Made by a program: the position numbers and the translations under genes
From: Myxococcota bacterium
GTDB taxonomy: Bacteria > Myxococcota_A > UBA796
Assembly: GCA_036156175.1 (NCBI GenBank)
Contig: JAYZVA010000140.1
Coordinates: forward strand, 1,187 to 65,186
DNA: 64,000 bases
Direction: 5' to 3'
The notes under the pieces: generated by a model
The model's input: the letters and a program-made list of their open reading frames with translations, nothing else
Told to the model about the DNA's origin: nothing
Databases searched by the model: none
Shown here: positions 9,323 to 17,787 of the stretch, piece by piece
How the letters are laid out: each line of letters begins with the position of its first letter
How positions within the stretch are numbered: position 1 is the first letter of the stretch

Positions 9323-10252
9323 ATGCGCACTATTTCACTCAGTTTGGTTGGTCTCTCGCTCGGGGGCTGTGCTTACGAAGAAAACCTGCAGCAGCAGGAC
9401 CTGACGGGCGTGGTGCGAATCCCGCTCGAAGCCCTGGAATCGCTCCAGCTGATCGACCCGGACGGCACGCCGATCGTGGACGATGGCTTCACCTTGGATG
9501 AAGACGGTCAGCCCGTCCTCGACATCACCGATCAGATGGGCCTGCTGGGACCCTTGTACATCGGTGCGTTCCCCTCGGTGGAGACCGGTCTGTACGCCTA
9601 CCCGCATCCCGAGATGGGCCCGATCCTCGACTCCGACCGCCCCGGCGACACCTACCCCTACGGCGGAACGACGGTCGGCCGCTTCGACTACGCCTGCTAC
9701 GAGCAGCTGCGTTGCAAGGTCGTGACCGGTCGCTACACCGACTACCAAGAGATCATCGACTTTTTCTCGGATGTGGTGCAAGAACCGATCTTGGCGCCCG
9801 ACGGCACCGAAGTCACCAACGCAAGCACGTACCAAGAGCACTGCTTCACCACCGAGTACGTCACGTCGGATGACGAACTGTCGTTCGTCGATGACAAGCC
9901 GAACGAAGACGTGAGGCCCTACTTCAAGCCCTACTTCTCGCTGAACGAAGAGGGCACCCACTACGTGGCCGACGTCACCATTCCCCACGCCCTCGTGGTC
10001 GACGGAATGGAGTTGTGGGGTTGGGTGGACATGCCATCGGCACGCTACAACTTCGCTTCGTGCAATGAGTCCGAAGGCGACATGCACTACCGGTACACCG
10101 AACAGTTTTACAAGGGGTCAAGCTACCCCGACCTGTTGAACTTCCCGGGTCTGTACATCGACGAAGGCGACTGGATCGTCGACGAGCCCTACACGGTCGA
10201 CAGCGCGGACGATGAGTTCGTAATCGATTTCACTTACAAGTTTGAGGGCTGA
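9323..10252 (+). CDS. Lipoprotein of unknown function
   Basis: Lipobox LSLGGC. It starts 3 nt after the receptor stop. Confidence 0.75.
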   Translation: MRTISLSLVGLSLGGCAYEENLQQQDLTGVVRIPLEALESLQLIDPDGTPIVDDGFTLDEDGQPVLDITDQMGLLGPLYIGAFPSVETGLYAYPHPEMGPILDSDRPGDTYPYGGTTVGRFDYACYEQLRCKVVTGRYTDYQEIIDFFSDVVQEPILAPDGTEVTNASTYQEHCFTTEYVTSDDELSFVDDKPNEDVRPYFKPYFSLNEEGTHYVADVTIPHALVVDGMELWGWVDMPSARYNFASCNESEGDMHYRYTEQFYKGSSYPDLLNFPGLYIDEGDWIVDEPYTVDSADDEFVIDFTYKFEG

Positions 10253-10255
10253 GCC

Positions 10256-11329
10256 ATGGTTGGATTGGTCAGTGTCATGATGTTTGGCGGCCTTGTTGGC
10301 TGCGACCGAAACGCGAAAGATCTCGTTCCCACCCCGTCGGATGCCTACCCGGGAGTCATCGAGATCGGTGAACTCGAGGTGGTGGATCCCGACACGCTCA
10401 ACAGCTTTGTTGCCAAGCAACAAGGGACGTTGGCGTACATCCAGCCCAACCTCGAAGACAACGCGGGCGACCCCAAGTGGGACTCCGATGTGCCGGAACT
10501 GGACGGTTTGACCGGTCAGGAACGCTACGACCAACACGTTGCCGAGACGGGCACCCTTCCGTACTACTTTGGCCAGCTCGGCCAACCCGAGGACGGCAAG
10601 AAGGGCGGCGCGACCTTCACGTTTGTGGGGACCGGCGATGAGGTCTGCTTGATCGTCGATCCGGAGACGGTGTTCTGGTCGCAGTCGATCGCGCCGGCAA
10701 ACCGCCAAGACGACTACGCCTACCCCGACTTTTACAACGACGACGGCGACCTGGACCTCTTTGCTGGGATGAGCAGCTACTACACGGGATCACCGGGTGT
10801 TGAGATCGGTGACTTCACGGGCTTCTACACGGATTCGAAGGGCGAGACCGTTGAGATCGAGTACGGCGAGTGCTTCCAGTCGGGCGCGCAGACCGGCATG
10901 GACAATGCCCACGCGGGTCGGGCCACCACCGAGTACTGCACCATCGACACCGACCAGAAGGAAGGGGTCGAGTACACGGTCGTCTTGGACACCTTCAGCG
11001 TGCCCCTTGATGATGGCGTGCTGTCCTTTGGTGTTGCTGTCGTGAACGAACGATGCTCCCGAATCGACAAGTCGGAGTGCTTCATCCGGGGCGAGTCGCT
11101 CAACGCAGCAGGCCAGACAAAGACCTGCACGGAACGCCTGGAAGCCGCGCAGTGCGCCGCGAGCTTGGGGGCGTTCTGCTGCGCCAATCCCGAGATGTGC
11201 GGGGACGAGGGGTCGGTTGACGCTGACCTGTGCGACACGGTCTACGGCAGCGACGAGAACGGCAACGCATACGACAGGGACGGGTGGTGCGCCGCCACGG
11301 ACCTGTGCTGCGATGGTGGCGCCGAGTAG
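10256..11329 (+). CDS. Lipoprotein of unknown function with a Cys-rich C-terminus
   Basis: Lipobox GGLVGC. It starts 4 nt after the previous stop. The C-terminal part holds many Cys (CTERLEAAQCAASLGAFCCANPEMCGDEG...CCDGGAE). Confidence 0.75.
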   Translation: MVGLVSVMMFGGLVGCDRNAKDLVPTPSDAYPGVIEIGELEVVDPDTLNSFVAKQQGTLAYIQPNLEDNAGDPKWDSDVPELDGLTGQERYDQHVAETGTLPYYFGQLGQPEDGKKGGATFTFVGTGDEVCLIVDPETVFWSQSIAPANRQDDYAYPDFYNDDGDLDLFAGMSSYYTGSPGVEIGDFTGFYTDSKGETVEIEYGECFQSGAQTGMDNAHAGRATTEYCTIDTDQKEGVEYTVVLDTFSVPLDDGVLSFGVAVVNERCSRIDKSECFIRGESLNAAGQTKTCTERLEAAQCAASLGAFCCANPEMCGDEGSVDADLCDTVYGSDENGNAYDRDGWCAATDLCCDGGAE

Positions 11330-11356
11330 GAGCCACGCGCGGCTCCAGTGGACCAG

Positions 11357-11386
11357 CGCCCCCGCTCCGGGGGCGTTTGTCGTTGT
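11357..11386 (+). terminator. Intrinsic terminator of the receptor-lipoprotein operon
   Basis: A perfect 8-bp GC stem, CGCCCCCG-ctc-CGGGGGCG (11357-11375), is followed by TTTGTCGTTGTT. Confidence 0.6.
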
Positions 11387-11390
11387 TGGT

Positions 11391-12485
11391 TCAACGCGGA
11401 GACGGAACGATGACTGGAAGGGCGGCGTTCGGTGTTTCGATCGCCACCGCGGCAGACGATGAGCCCGCCGGAGTGGTGAACGCGATTCCGGTGGCGTTGG
11501 CGCCCCGCCAGGCCCGCTGGATGAATGCGGGGCGCTCTGTGATGGTGGGGTCTCCCAGCCATGCCCAGTCCACTCCGGTGGTCCGCAGGATCACGAACTC
11601 GGCGCCCCCCGAGGCATCGACATTGGTCAAAATTTGAATCGGTGCGAACGATCCGATGGTCCGAAAGGAAGCCTCTCCTCGAGGTGATACGATGGCGGCC
11701 ACCGTCTTGGTTATCGGGCCGGTGGGCGACGGGATGCACACGGGAATGGTCAGCGCACCGCTGGCGACCGTCGCGCCGGTGCCGCAGGGCCGCGCGGAGG
11801 GCCACGGAAGCGCGACGGGTCGGGCTTCCCGCTCGGTGGAGTGGGGATCGTTCCGAAGGGCCCACAGTGGGTGATCGGTGGTTGCCCAGGTGATCCACTG
11901 GCTGCTGCGGCGCTCGCTCCGTACGACTGTGGCGCTGGCGTTGATGGGCTCGGACACCCGGGTCATGTACTGAAGGCGGTCGCCGTGCTCCACGAACACA
12001 TCGGTGATGCCGTTCCGCTGCACGCTCAAGACCGTCGGGGCGGGTCCGACGGTGTGGTCCACGGGACGTGCGGAGTGACGGTGGGCAATGGCATCGTCTG
12101 CGAGGAACCGAACCGGGCGGTTGAGGGCTTCGTTGTTGGCGATCACCACCCGGATCGTCGCCACTCCGGGGGCCCACGTTTGGCTCGTTGGGATTTCGAA
12201 CCGGCTGATGCGGGTCTCGCCGCTCTTCAGGACGAGCGGTCGATTCGCGTCCGAGGCCGGTTCCGTGCTGTGAACCGTGCGCCGGACCCCCTCCGGATCA
12301 ATCGTGTCGAATTTCACCAGCCAGGGGCGGTTCGAGAGGTCGGGGACGGCGAGCGGTTCATCGGTCGCGTTGTGGTACCGAATGGACAGCGTCAACGGGC
12401 GGCCCGTCAACCACTGGTCGTGCATGGTCACGGTGGGCATCGGACTCGCCCACGCCGTGAAGGCGAGCAACCAGACGCCCATCAT
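11391..12485 (-). CDS. Exported protein of unknown function
   Basis: The N-terminus MMGVWLLAFTAWASP is hydrophobic. The start at 12485 gives an ATGA overlap with the cca stop. Confidence 0.65.
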   Translation of the reverse strand: MMGVWLLAFTAWASPMPTVTMHDQWLTGRPLTLSIRYHNATDEPLAVPDLSNRPWLVKFDTIDPEGVRRTVHSTEPASDANRPLVLKSGETRISRFEIPTSQTWAPGVATIRVVIANNEALNRPVRFLADDAIAHRHSARPVDHTVGPAPTVLSVQRNGITDVFVEHGDRLQYMTRVSEPINASATVVRSERRSSQWITWATTDHPLWALRNDPHSTEREARPVALPWPSARPCGTGATVASGALTIPVCIPSPTGPITKTVAAIVSPRGEASFRTIGSFAPIQILTNVDASGGAEFVILRTTGVDWAWLGDPTITERPAFIQRAWRGANATGIAFTTPAGSSSAAVAIETPNAALPVIVPSPR

Positions 12486-13711
12486 TTGAGGTGGTCGTCC
12501 AGCCAAACGATGGCGGCATCCCGACTCGGCACGGTGCCGTCGATCTGGGCCTCGCGCACCGAACGCAAGATTCGGCCAAACTCAGGGCCCTGTTCGATGC
12601 CGCGTCGGCGCAAGTCGGCACCGGTCAACAGCGGAGGGAGCGGTTCGCGAGCGATGCCCATTTGGTCGGCCCGGTCGAGGTTGCCCAAGGCCGCTCGGGA
12701 GCCGGATGCGGCGAACGCGGTCGTGCAAGCGAGCAAGAGTTCGGTTTTGTCGGCCAACTGGCGGAGCATGGCGTCCGACGCTTCGTCAGTCAGGTGGGGT
12801 ACGGCGGCCATGGCCTCGAGGACACGCTTTCTCACCGGGTACCCGTGCATTTTGTGCAGGGCCAGTCGGTCCAGCGTCGCTTCGGCGTGTTCCGCGGTCG
12901 CGCGGCTCAGCATGGTCGCCAGCATCAACGCGATCGCGCGTCCACTGGAGCCCATCGCTGCCCGTTGGTTGGCGGCCCGATCGAGGGCCGACCCGACCGG
13001 ACCCAGTGGCGCGTTTGTGAGCTCCGGAAAGAGCTTGTTGGCGATGTCCAATGCGTGCAGGAGCGACCAGCCGATCGAGGGCACCGGGGCCTTGATGAGC
13101 AATTTCTCCAGTTCTCCCCAGATTCGCTCAGGGGGCAATGCGTACAGGTCCATCCGCCGACACAACCCGGCGAGATCGTCGTGCACAGAGAAGCCGAAGC
13201 GCGCGGCGAACTGGACGACCCGCAAGGCGCGGAGCGGATCCTCGGTGAACGTGTTGGGGTCCACCGCTCGGAGCTGACCCCGCTTGATGTCGTGAATGCC
13301 GCCGAAGAAGTCTTGGTATTCGTCCGTCAGCGGGTCGTACGCGATGGCGTTCACCGTCAGGTCGCGGCGCCTCGCGGCCGACTCGAGCCCCATGAATGGG
13401 TTGCCAACCACCACGATGTCGGTGTGGCCGGTGCCCGCTTGAGAGTCGTGACGCGGGATGGAGACGTCGATCGCGTCGCCGTCGATGACGACTTTGAACA
13501 CGCCAAAGCTGCGGCCGATCTCATTGACCGACCCCAACGACCGCAAGATGGACCGCAGGTCATCCGCCTCGATGCGGTGCACCTCGACGTCGTGGTCTTT
13601 TGATTGCAGGCCCAGAAGGTGGTCGCGAACGGCACCCCCGACCACCCATGCCCGTCCCCCACTGGCATCGACCGCACGGCAGAGTTTGAGCACAGAGGTG
13701 GGAAGGTCCAT
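12482..13711 (-). CDS. cca: CCA-adding tRNA nucleotidyltransferase
   Basis: Class II nucleotidyltransferase motifs are GGAVRDHLLG, DHDVEV and RRDLTVNAIAYD. Confidence 0.85.
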   Translation of the reverse strand: MDLPTSVLKLCRAVDASGGRAWVVGGAVRDHLLGLQSKDHDVEVHRIEADDLRSILRSLGSVNEIGRSFGVFKVVIDGDAIDVSIPRHDSQAGTGHTDIVVVGNPFMGLESAARRRDLTVNAIAYDPLTDEYQDFFGGIHDIKRGQLRAVDPNTFTEDPLRALRVVQFAARFGFSVHDDLAGLCRRMDLYALPPERIWGELEKLLIKAPVPSIGWSLLHALDIANKLFPELTNAPLGPVGSALDRAANQRAAMGSSGRAIALMLATMLSRATAEHAEATLDRLALHKMHGYPVRKRVLEAMAAVPHLTDEASDAMLRQLADKTELLLACTTAFAASGSRAALGNLDRADQMGIAREPLPPLLTGADLRRRGIEQGPEFGRILRSVREAQIDGTVPSRDAAIVWLDDHLK

Positions 13712-13722
13712 GTCGTTTGGAC

Positions 13723-15225
13723 TCAGCGGATCTCGGCCATCACGACGGTGATGTTGTCTTTTCCTCCGCCGTGGTGAGCGGCACGAATCATCTCACGGCA
13801 GACGACCCGAGGATCTTGATAGTGATTCAAAATCGCCTCGATGTCTTCGTCTTCGATTTCGCCCCACAGCCCATCGGAACACAGCATCAAGCGATCGCCG
13901 CTCTCCAGTTCCACACTGAAGATGTCGATTTCCACGTTGCGCTCCGTCCCCACCGTTCGCAACAAAATGTTGGAGTGTGGATGGTTCCGTGCCTCCGCGG
14001 GGCTGAGGCGGTTTTGCTCCACCATTCGGGCAACGAGGCTGTGGTCACGGGTGATCTGATGGAGCACCGAGTCCCGCATCAGGTACCCGCGAGAGTCGCC
14101 CACATTGGCCACATAGGCGAGCGAACGCTTGTACACCAGCGCGGCCACCAACGTGGTGCCCATGTCGTTCCCGAGCTCCTCGGAGTGGTCCTTGATGCCG
14201 TTGTTGGCGGCTTGAAAGGACTCGTCCAGGATGTTCTCAAGCATCTCCGGCGAGATCTGATTTGCGCGCTCAAATCGAACGGCTGCCTCGCGGCAGATGG
14301 TGTCCACCGCCATGCGGCTCGCGACCTCGCCCGCCTCATGGCCGCCCATGCCATCGGCAGCGACGTACAGCTGCACATCGGGCGTGAGCTGTACCCATCC
14401 CCAGTTGTCTTCGTTGAGCACCCGAAGCAGCCCGACGTCGGTCATCGCCGCGGCATTGGGCGCTTCCCGATCGGAAGGGGCCGACTCGATGGCGGCTTCG
14501 ATGGAGCGTCCAAACTCCATCGGACGGACGTACCGCCCCCGGATGGCGCCCTCCAGCGCATCGATCATGCTCAGGTCGTGAACCGCCGTGAACCGCCGCA
14601 GGGTCCGCGCGAGGCTCTCGAGCCCGGGTTGGACCCGATTGCCGGGCAATGGCTCATCCTGGACCGACCGAATTTCAAGGTCGAACAATTTGAACGCGCC
14701 GTTCTCGGTGCGGATGAAGTTCGCTTGGGTCAACGGCGCGATCTCAACGCCATTGGTCTGCAAGAAGGCCAGCAGTCCGACGCTGCGCAACGCCAGGTCG
14801 ACCATTTGATTGCGCGTGATGGGGGCGCACTCGTCCACCATCAGGGTCTCTTGACCCCAGTCGGTGATGGTGCACACCACGCCGTTGACTTCGATGGTCT
14901 CGAGGGTGGGCACCAATCCGGGGTGGGTGAGGCCCATCGCCTGGTACCGAGCGTAAGGACGGAACAGATCCTGGTCCCAGCGCGCGCTGACCAAGAAACG
15001 CCGCATGCGCATTTCAGCGCCACATCGGAGGCAATGGGGGTCGCTCCGCGGGGTGTCCGTTGCGCCGCACTCGAAGCACTTTCGATGGGCCATGTCCGGG
15101 CGGTTGTCGTTGGCCAAGTAGAACATGCGTCCCTCGCCCAAGCGCACCAGTCCTTCGATCGCGTAGTGATCGCCCAGGCGGGAGCCGGGCTGGAGTGGTG
15201 TGGGGCGGGTCTTGGACAACGGCAC
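13723..15225 (-). CDS. PP2C Ser/Thr phosphatase fused to an N-terminal kinase-like (apparently inactive) domain carrying a CxxC...CxxC zinc ribbon
   Basis: The C-terminal half has PP2C motifs ADGMGGHEAGEVAS and LCSDGLWGEI. The N-terminal half has a kinase-like layout, but I see no VAIK Lys, HRD or DFG. A ribbon insert reads KCFECG...HCLRCG. Confidence 0.85.
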   Translation of the reverse strand: MPLSKTRPTPLQPGSRLGDHYAIEGLVRLGEGRMFYLANDNRPDMAHRKCFECGATDTPRSDPHCLRCGAEMRMRRFLVSARWDQDLFRPYARYQAMGLTHPGLVPTLETIEVNGVVCTITDWGQETLMVDECAPITRNQMVDLALRSVGLLAFLQTNGVEIAPLTQANFIRTENGAFKLFDLEIRSVQDEPLPGNRVQPGLESLARTLRRFTAVHDLSMIDALEGAIRGRYVRPMEFGRSIEAAIESAPSDREAPNAAAMTDVGLLRVLNEDNWGWVQLTPDVQLYVAADGMGGHEAGEVASRMAVDTICREAAVRFERANQISPEMLENILDESFQAANNGIKDHSEELGNDMGTTLVAALVYKRSLAYVANVGDSRGYLMRDSVLHQITRDHSLVARMVEQNRLSPAEARNHPHSNILLRTVGTERNVEIDIFSVELESGDRLMLCSDGLWGEIEDEDIEAILNHYQDPRVVCREMIRAAHHGGGKDNITVVMAEIR

Positions 15226-15301
15226 TGCGGGGGGGCTCCTGGTCGGTGATCAATGTAATGCCCTTTTGCCAACGGTGAAGCTTTCGGCGTAAGGTCAGGG
15301 C

Positions 15302-16474
15302 ATGAAGCACCTGCCATTCTTGATCGAAGCCACTCACGGAGGCGCGCGGGCAGCAACCTTGTCGACGCCCCACGGGGAGATCAAAACCCCCGTGTTCATG
15401 CCAGTCGGGACACAAGGCGCCATTCGGTCGCTCTCGCCGCTGCATTTATCGCAGACCGGTTCTCAAATAATTTTGGCAAATACCTACCACTTGTCGCAGC
15501 GCCCCGGGGAGCGTTTGGTGGCCAAGCACGGGGGACTGCATTCGATGATGAATGTGGACTTGCCGATTTTGACCGATTCGGGTGGCTTCCAAGTGTTTTC
15601 GTTGAAGAAGTCGCAGGTGGACGAAGACGGCGTGACGTTTGCGTACGAGGTGGATGGGCGGAAGACGTTTTTGTCGCCCGAGACATCGATGGACATTCAG
15701 CAGCAGCTTGGCGCGGACATCGCCATGAACTTCGACGAGTGCTTGGCGTTCGGCGTGGACAAGGAGGCGGCCATCCGGAGCGTCGACCGCACCGCCCGGT
15801 GGGCCGAGCGCTGCAAGCGGGCCCATACGCGACAAACCCAGGCCCTCTTCGGCATCATCCAGGGTGGGTTTTGGCCCGACTTGCGGGCACGATCGGCGCG
15901 GCAAATCACCGACATTGGATTTGACGGGTACGCGCTTGGCGGCCTGAGCGTTGGTGAGGGCCACCAAAAAATGTGCGAGGTCCTCGACTACTCGGTGGAT
16001 CCCATGCCCGTCGAGTCGCCGCGCTACTTGATGGGCGTCGGTCGCCCGTTGGATTTGGTCGAGGGGGTCGCTCGGGGCATCGACATGTTCGATTGCGTCA
16101 TCGCGACCCGGCACAGCCGATCCGGCATGTTCTATACCGACAAGGGCCGGCTTCGAATCACCGATAAGCGGTACCGCAATGACATGTATCCACCGGATAC
16201 GTCGTGCAACTGCTACACCTGCACGCGGTTTACCCGTGCCTACCTCCACCACCTCTTTCGGGTTGGGGAGATCTTGGCCGCATCGCTCACCACCATTCAC
16301 AACCTGACGTGGTTTGCATCGTTCATGGCGCGCATGCGGGCGAGCATCGTCGACGGCACCTTCGAGTCATACCGGCAGTGGGTGCACGAGATCTACCCCG
16401 AAAAAGACGAGGCTCCTCCCCGATCGCCGCCGCCGAAGCACACGGCAAAGCGCCCTAAAAAACGCCGGAAATGA
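15302..16474 (+). CDS. tgt: Queuine tRNA-ribosyltransferase
   Basis: Motifs are FMPVGTQGA, LTDSGGFQVFSL and the zinc site CNCYTC...H. Confidence 0.95.
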   Translation: MKHLPFLIEATHGGARAATLSTPHGEIKTPVFMPVGTQGAIRSLSPLHLSQTGSQIILANTYHLSQRPGERLVAKHGGLHSMMNVDLPILTDSGGFQVFSLKKSQVDEDGVTFAYEVDGRKTFLSPETSMDIQQQLGADIAMNFDECLAFGVDKEAAIRSVDRTARWAERCKRAHTRQTQALFGIIQGGFWPDLRARSARQITDIGFDGYALGGLSVGEGHQKMCEVLDYSVDPMPVESPRYLMGVGRPLDLVEGVARGIDMFDCVIATRHSRSGMFYTDKGRLRITDKRYRNDMYPPDTSCNCYTCTRFTRAYLHHLFRVGEILAASLTTIHNLTWFASFMARMRASIVDGTFESYRQWVHEIYPEKDEAPPRSPPPKHTAKRPKKRRK

Positions 16475-17660
16475 TCGCCCAGACCGCCAGCAGCATGACC
16501 GCTGCTGCGACCATTCCGACAACCGTGGCCCACAGCAATCCGGTGATGACCGACGGTTGAATCGTGAGTGCATCGGTGTCCCCGGTTTCGCCGGTGCCCG
16601 ACGCGGTCTCTTCGATGGGCAGGAGGCTCGGGTTGGTTGCTTCGGACACCGAGCGTTCGGCGGTTTGTTCCGCGTGATCGTCCGGGTTGTGCAGCGCGCC
16701 ATGATGAAGCCCATTGGAGACCGGCAGGGGGTCCAGCGGTTCGTGGAGCAGGTGCGATCGAAAGTGCGCTCCGGGCGGCGAGAACGCGTCCTCCTGGCGG
16801 GCGGCTGCTCGGTTGAGTGCGCCTTGAATTCGTCCCAAGAGGTCGTGGTGAACCTGAGAGTCCGCGAGCGCGAATTCGGCGGTCTCGGTGGGATCAACGG
16901 TGATCTCGCCGCTGCCTTCGAGGGGGGCCCATCGGTCCAGCAGTCCCCGACCCGTCGCGTCGGAGCCCAGGTCGGGCTGAACCTCATCCGACATGCCCAG
17001 TGGGGTGACGTGGATGGTGAGTGAACGCGGGCTTGCTTGCTGTGGGCGACCTTGCTCCATCAAGAGCGTTGCGAGGTCAACGGGCCCGTGGGGTTGCTCC
17101 AGGGCCAGCTCGCGCAGGCTCGCCGCAAGGCTCGATGCCGAACCGCTTTCCGTCGGCAGGACATCGAAGGGGTGCAGGCGCTGAATCAGGTCGATCGCGG
17201 CGCGAAGGTCGGCTTGCGGGGTCCCGTCGACCCGCCCCACTCCGATCAAGCACGGCGCGCCATCCGACTGCAAGGTCACGGTCTCGGAACCCACCGACCC
17301 GTGGGCGCGGTCGAGGGAGTGGAGTCGGGCAAGGGCGTCGGCGAGCCGACTCCCGAGCCACAGGGCCGTCGCAGCGCCCAGCGAGGCGGGAAGATCCGAG
17401 AGCAGCCACAAGCCGGGGCGACTCTCAATCCAGACCGGTCGCCCGTCACGCAGCCCATCGAACAACGGGTCGGCGAGCCCCAAGTGACCGCACTTCGATC
17501 GATGGTTGGGGGAACCCTCCCACAGCGTGACCAGCTGTCCGTCGGGGGTGCGCGCTTCCAGGGCCGTGCTTCCATCGGAGAGCCCGTGAGTTCGGTGCAC
17601 CGTTAGCGTGAGTTCGGCCATGGGTGCCGGTAATCTGACAGGTGTCGGTCGTTCGGTCAA
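16455..17660 (-). CDS. Tail-anchored membrane protein with a degenerate kinase-like N-terminal domain
   Basis: A kinase-like segment reads LADALARLHSLDRAHGSVGSETVTLQSDGAPCLIGVG and lacks HRD and DFG. One C-terminal TM helix reads VITGLLWATVVGMVAAAVMLLAVWAIISGVF. Its 3' end overlaps tgt by 20 nt. Confidence 0.6.
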   Translation of the reverse strand: MTERPTPVRLPAPMAELTLTVHRTHGLSDGSTALEARTPDGQLVTLWEGSPNHRSKCGHLGLADPLFDGLRDGRPVWIESRPGLWLLSDLPASLGAATALWLGSRLADALARLHSLDRAHGSVGSETVTLQSDGAPCLIGVGRVDGTPQADLRAAIDLIQRLHPFDVLPTESGSASSLAASLRELALEQPHGPVDLATLLMEQGRPQQASPRSLTIHVTPLGMSDEVQPDLGSDATGRGLLDRWAPLEGSGEITVDPTETAEFALADSQVHHDLLGRIQGALNRAAARQEDAFSPPGAHFRSHLLHEPLDPLPVSNGLHHGALHNPDDHAEQTAERSVSEATNPSLLPIEETASGTGETGDTDALTIQPSVITGLLWATVVGMVAAAVMLLAVWAIISGVF

Positions 17661-17737
17661 TCGGTGGCCCGGCGTCGCCGGGTCGATCGGGGAGGAATTC
17701 GCTCCCTGTGCAGTGGTAATGTCGTCGGGTCCTCGAT

Positions 17738-17753
17738 TGGCATGAACCGTGCA
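17738..17753 (+). promoter_or_regulatory. Candidate sigma54 (-24/-12) promoter
   Basis: TGGCAT-gaacc-GTGCA has GG-N10-GC spacing. It lies 35 nt upstream of the ATG of the sigma54 activator gene. Confidence 0.45.
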
Positions 17754-17787
17754 GGATTGCCGTGCGCAGCGAACCCTCGGAGGAAGA

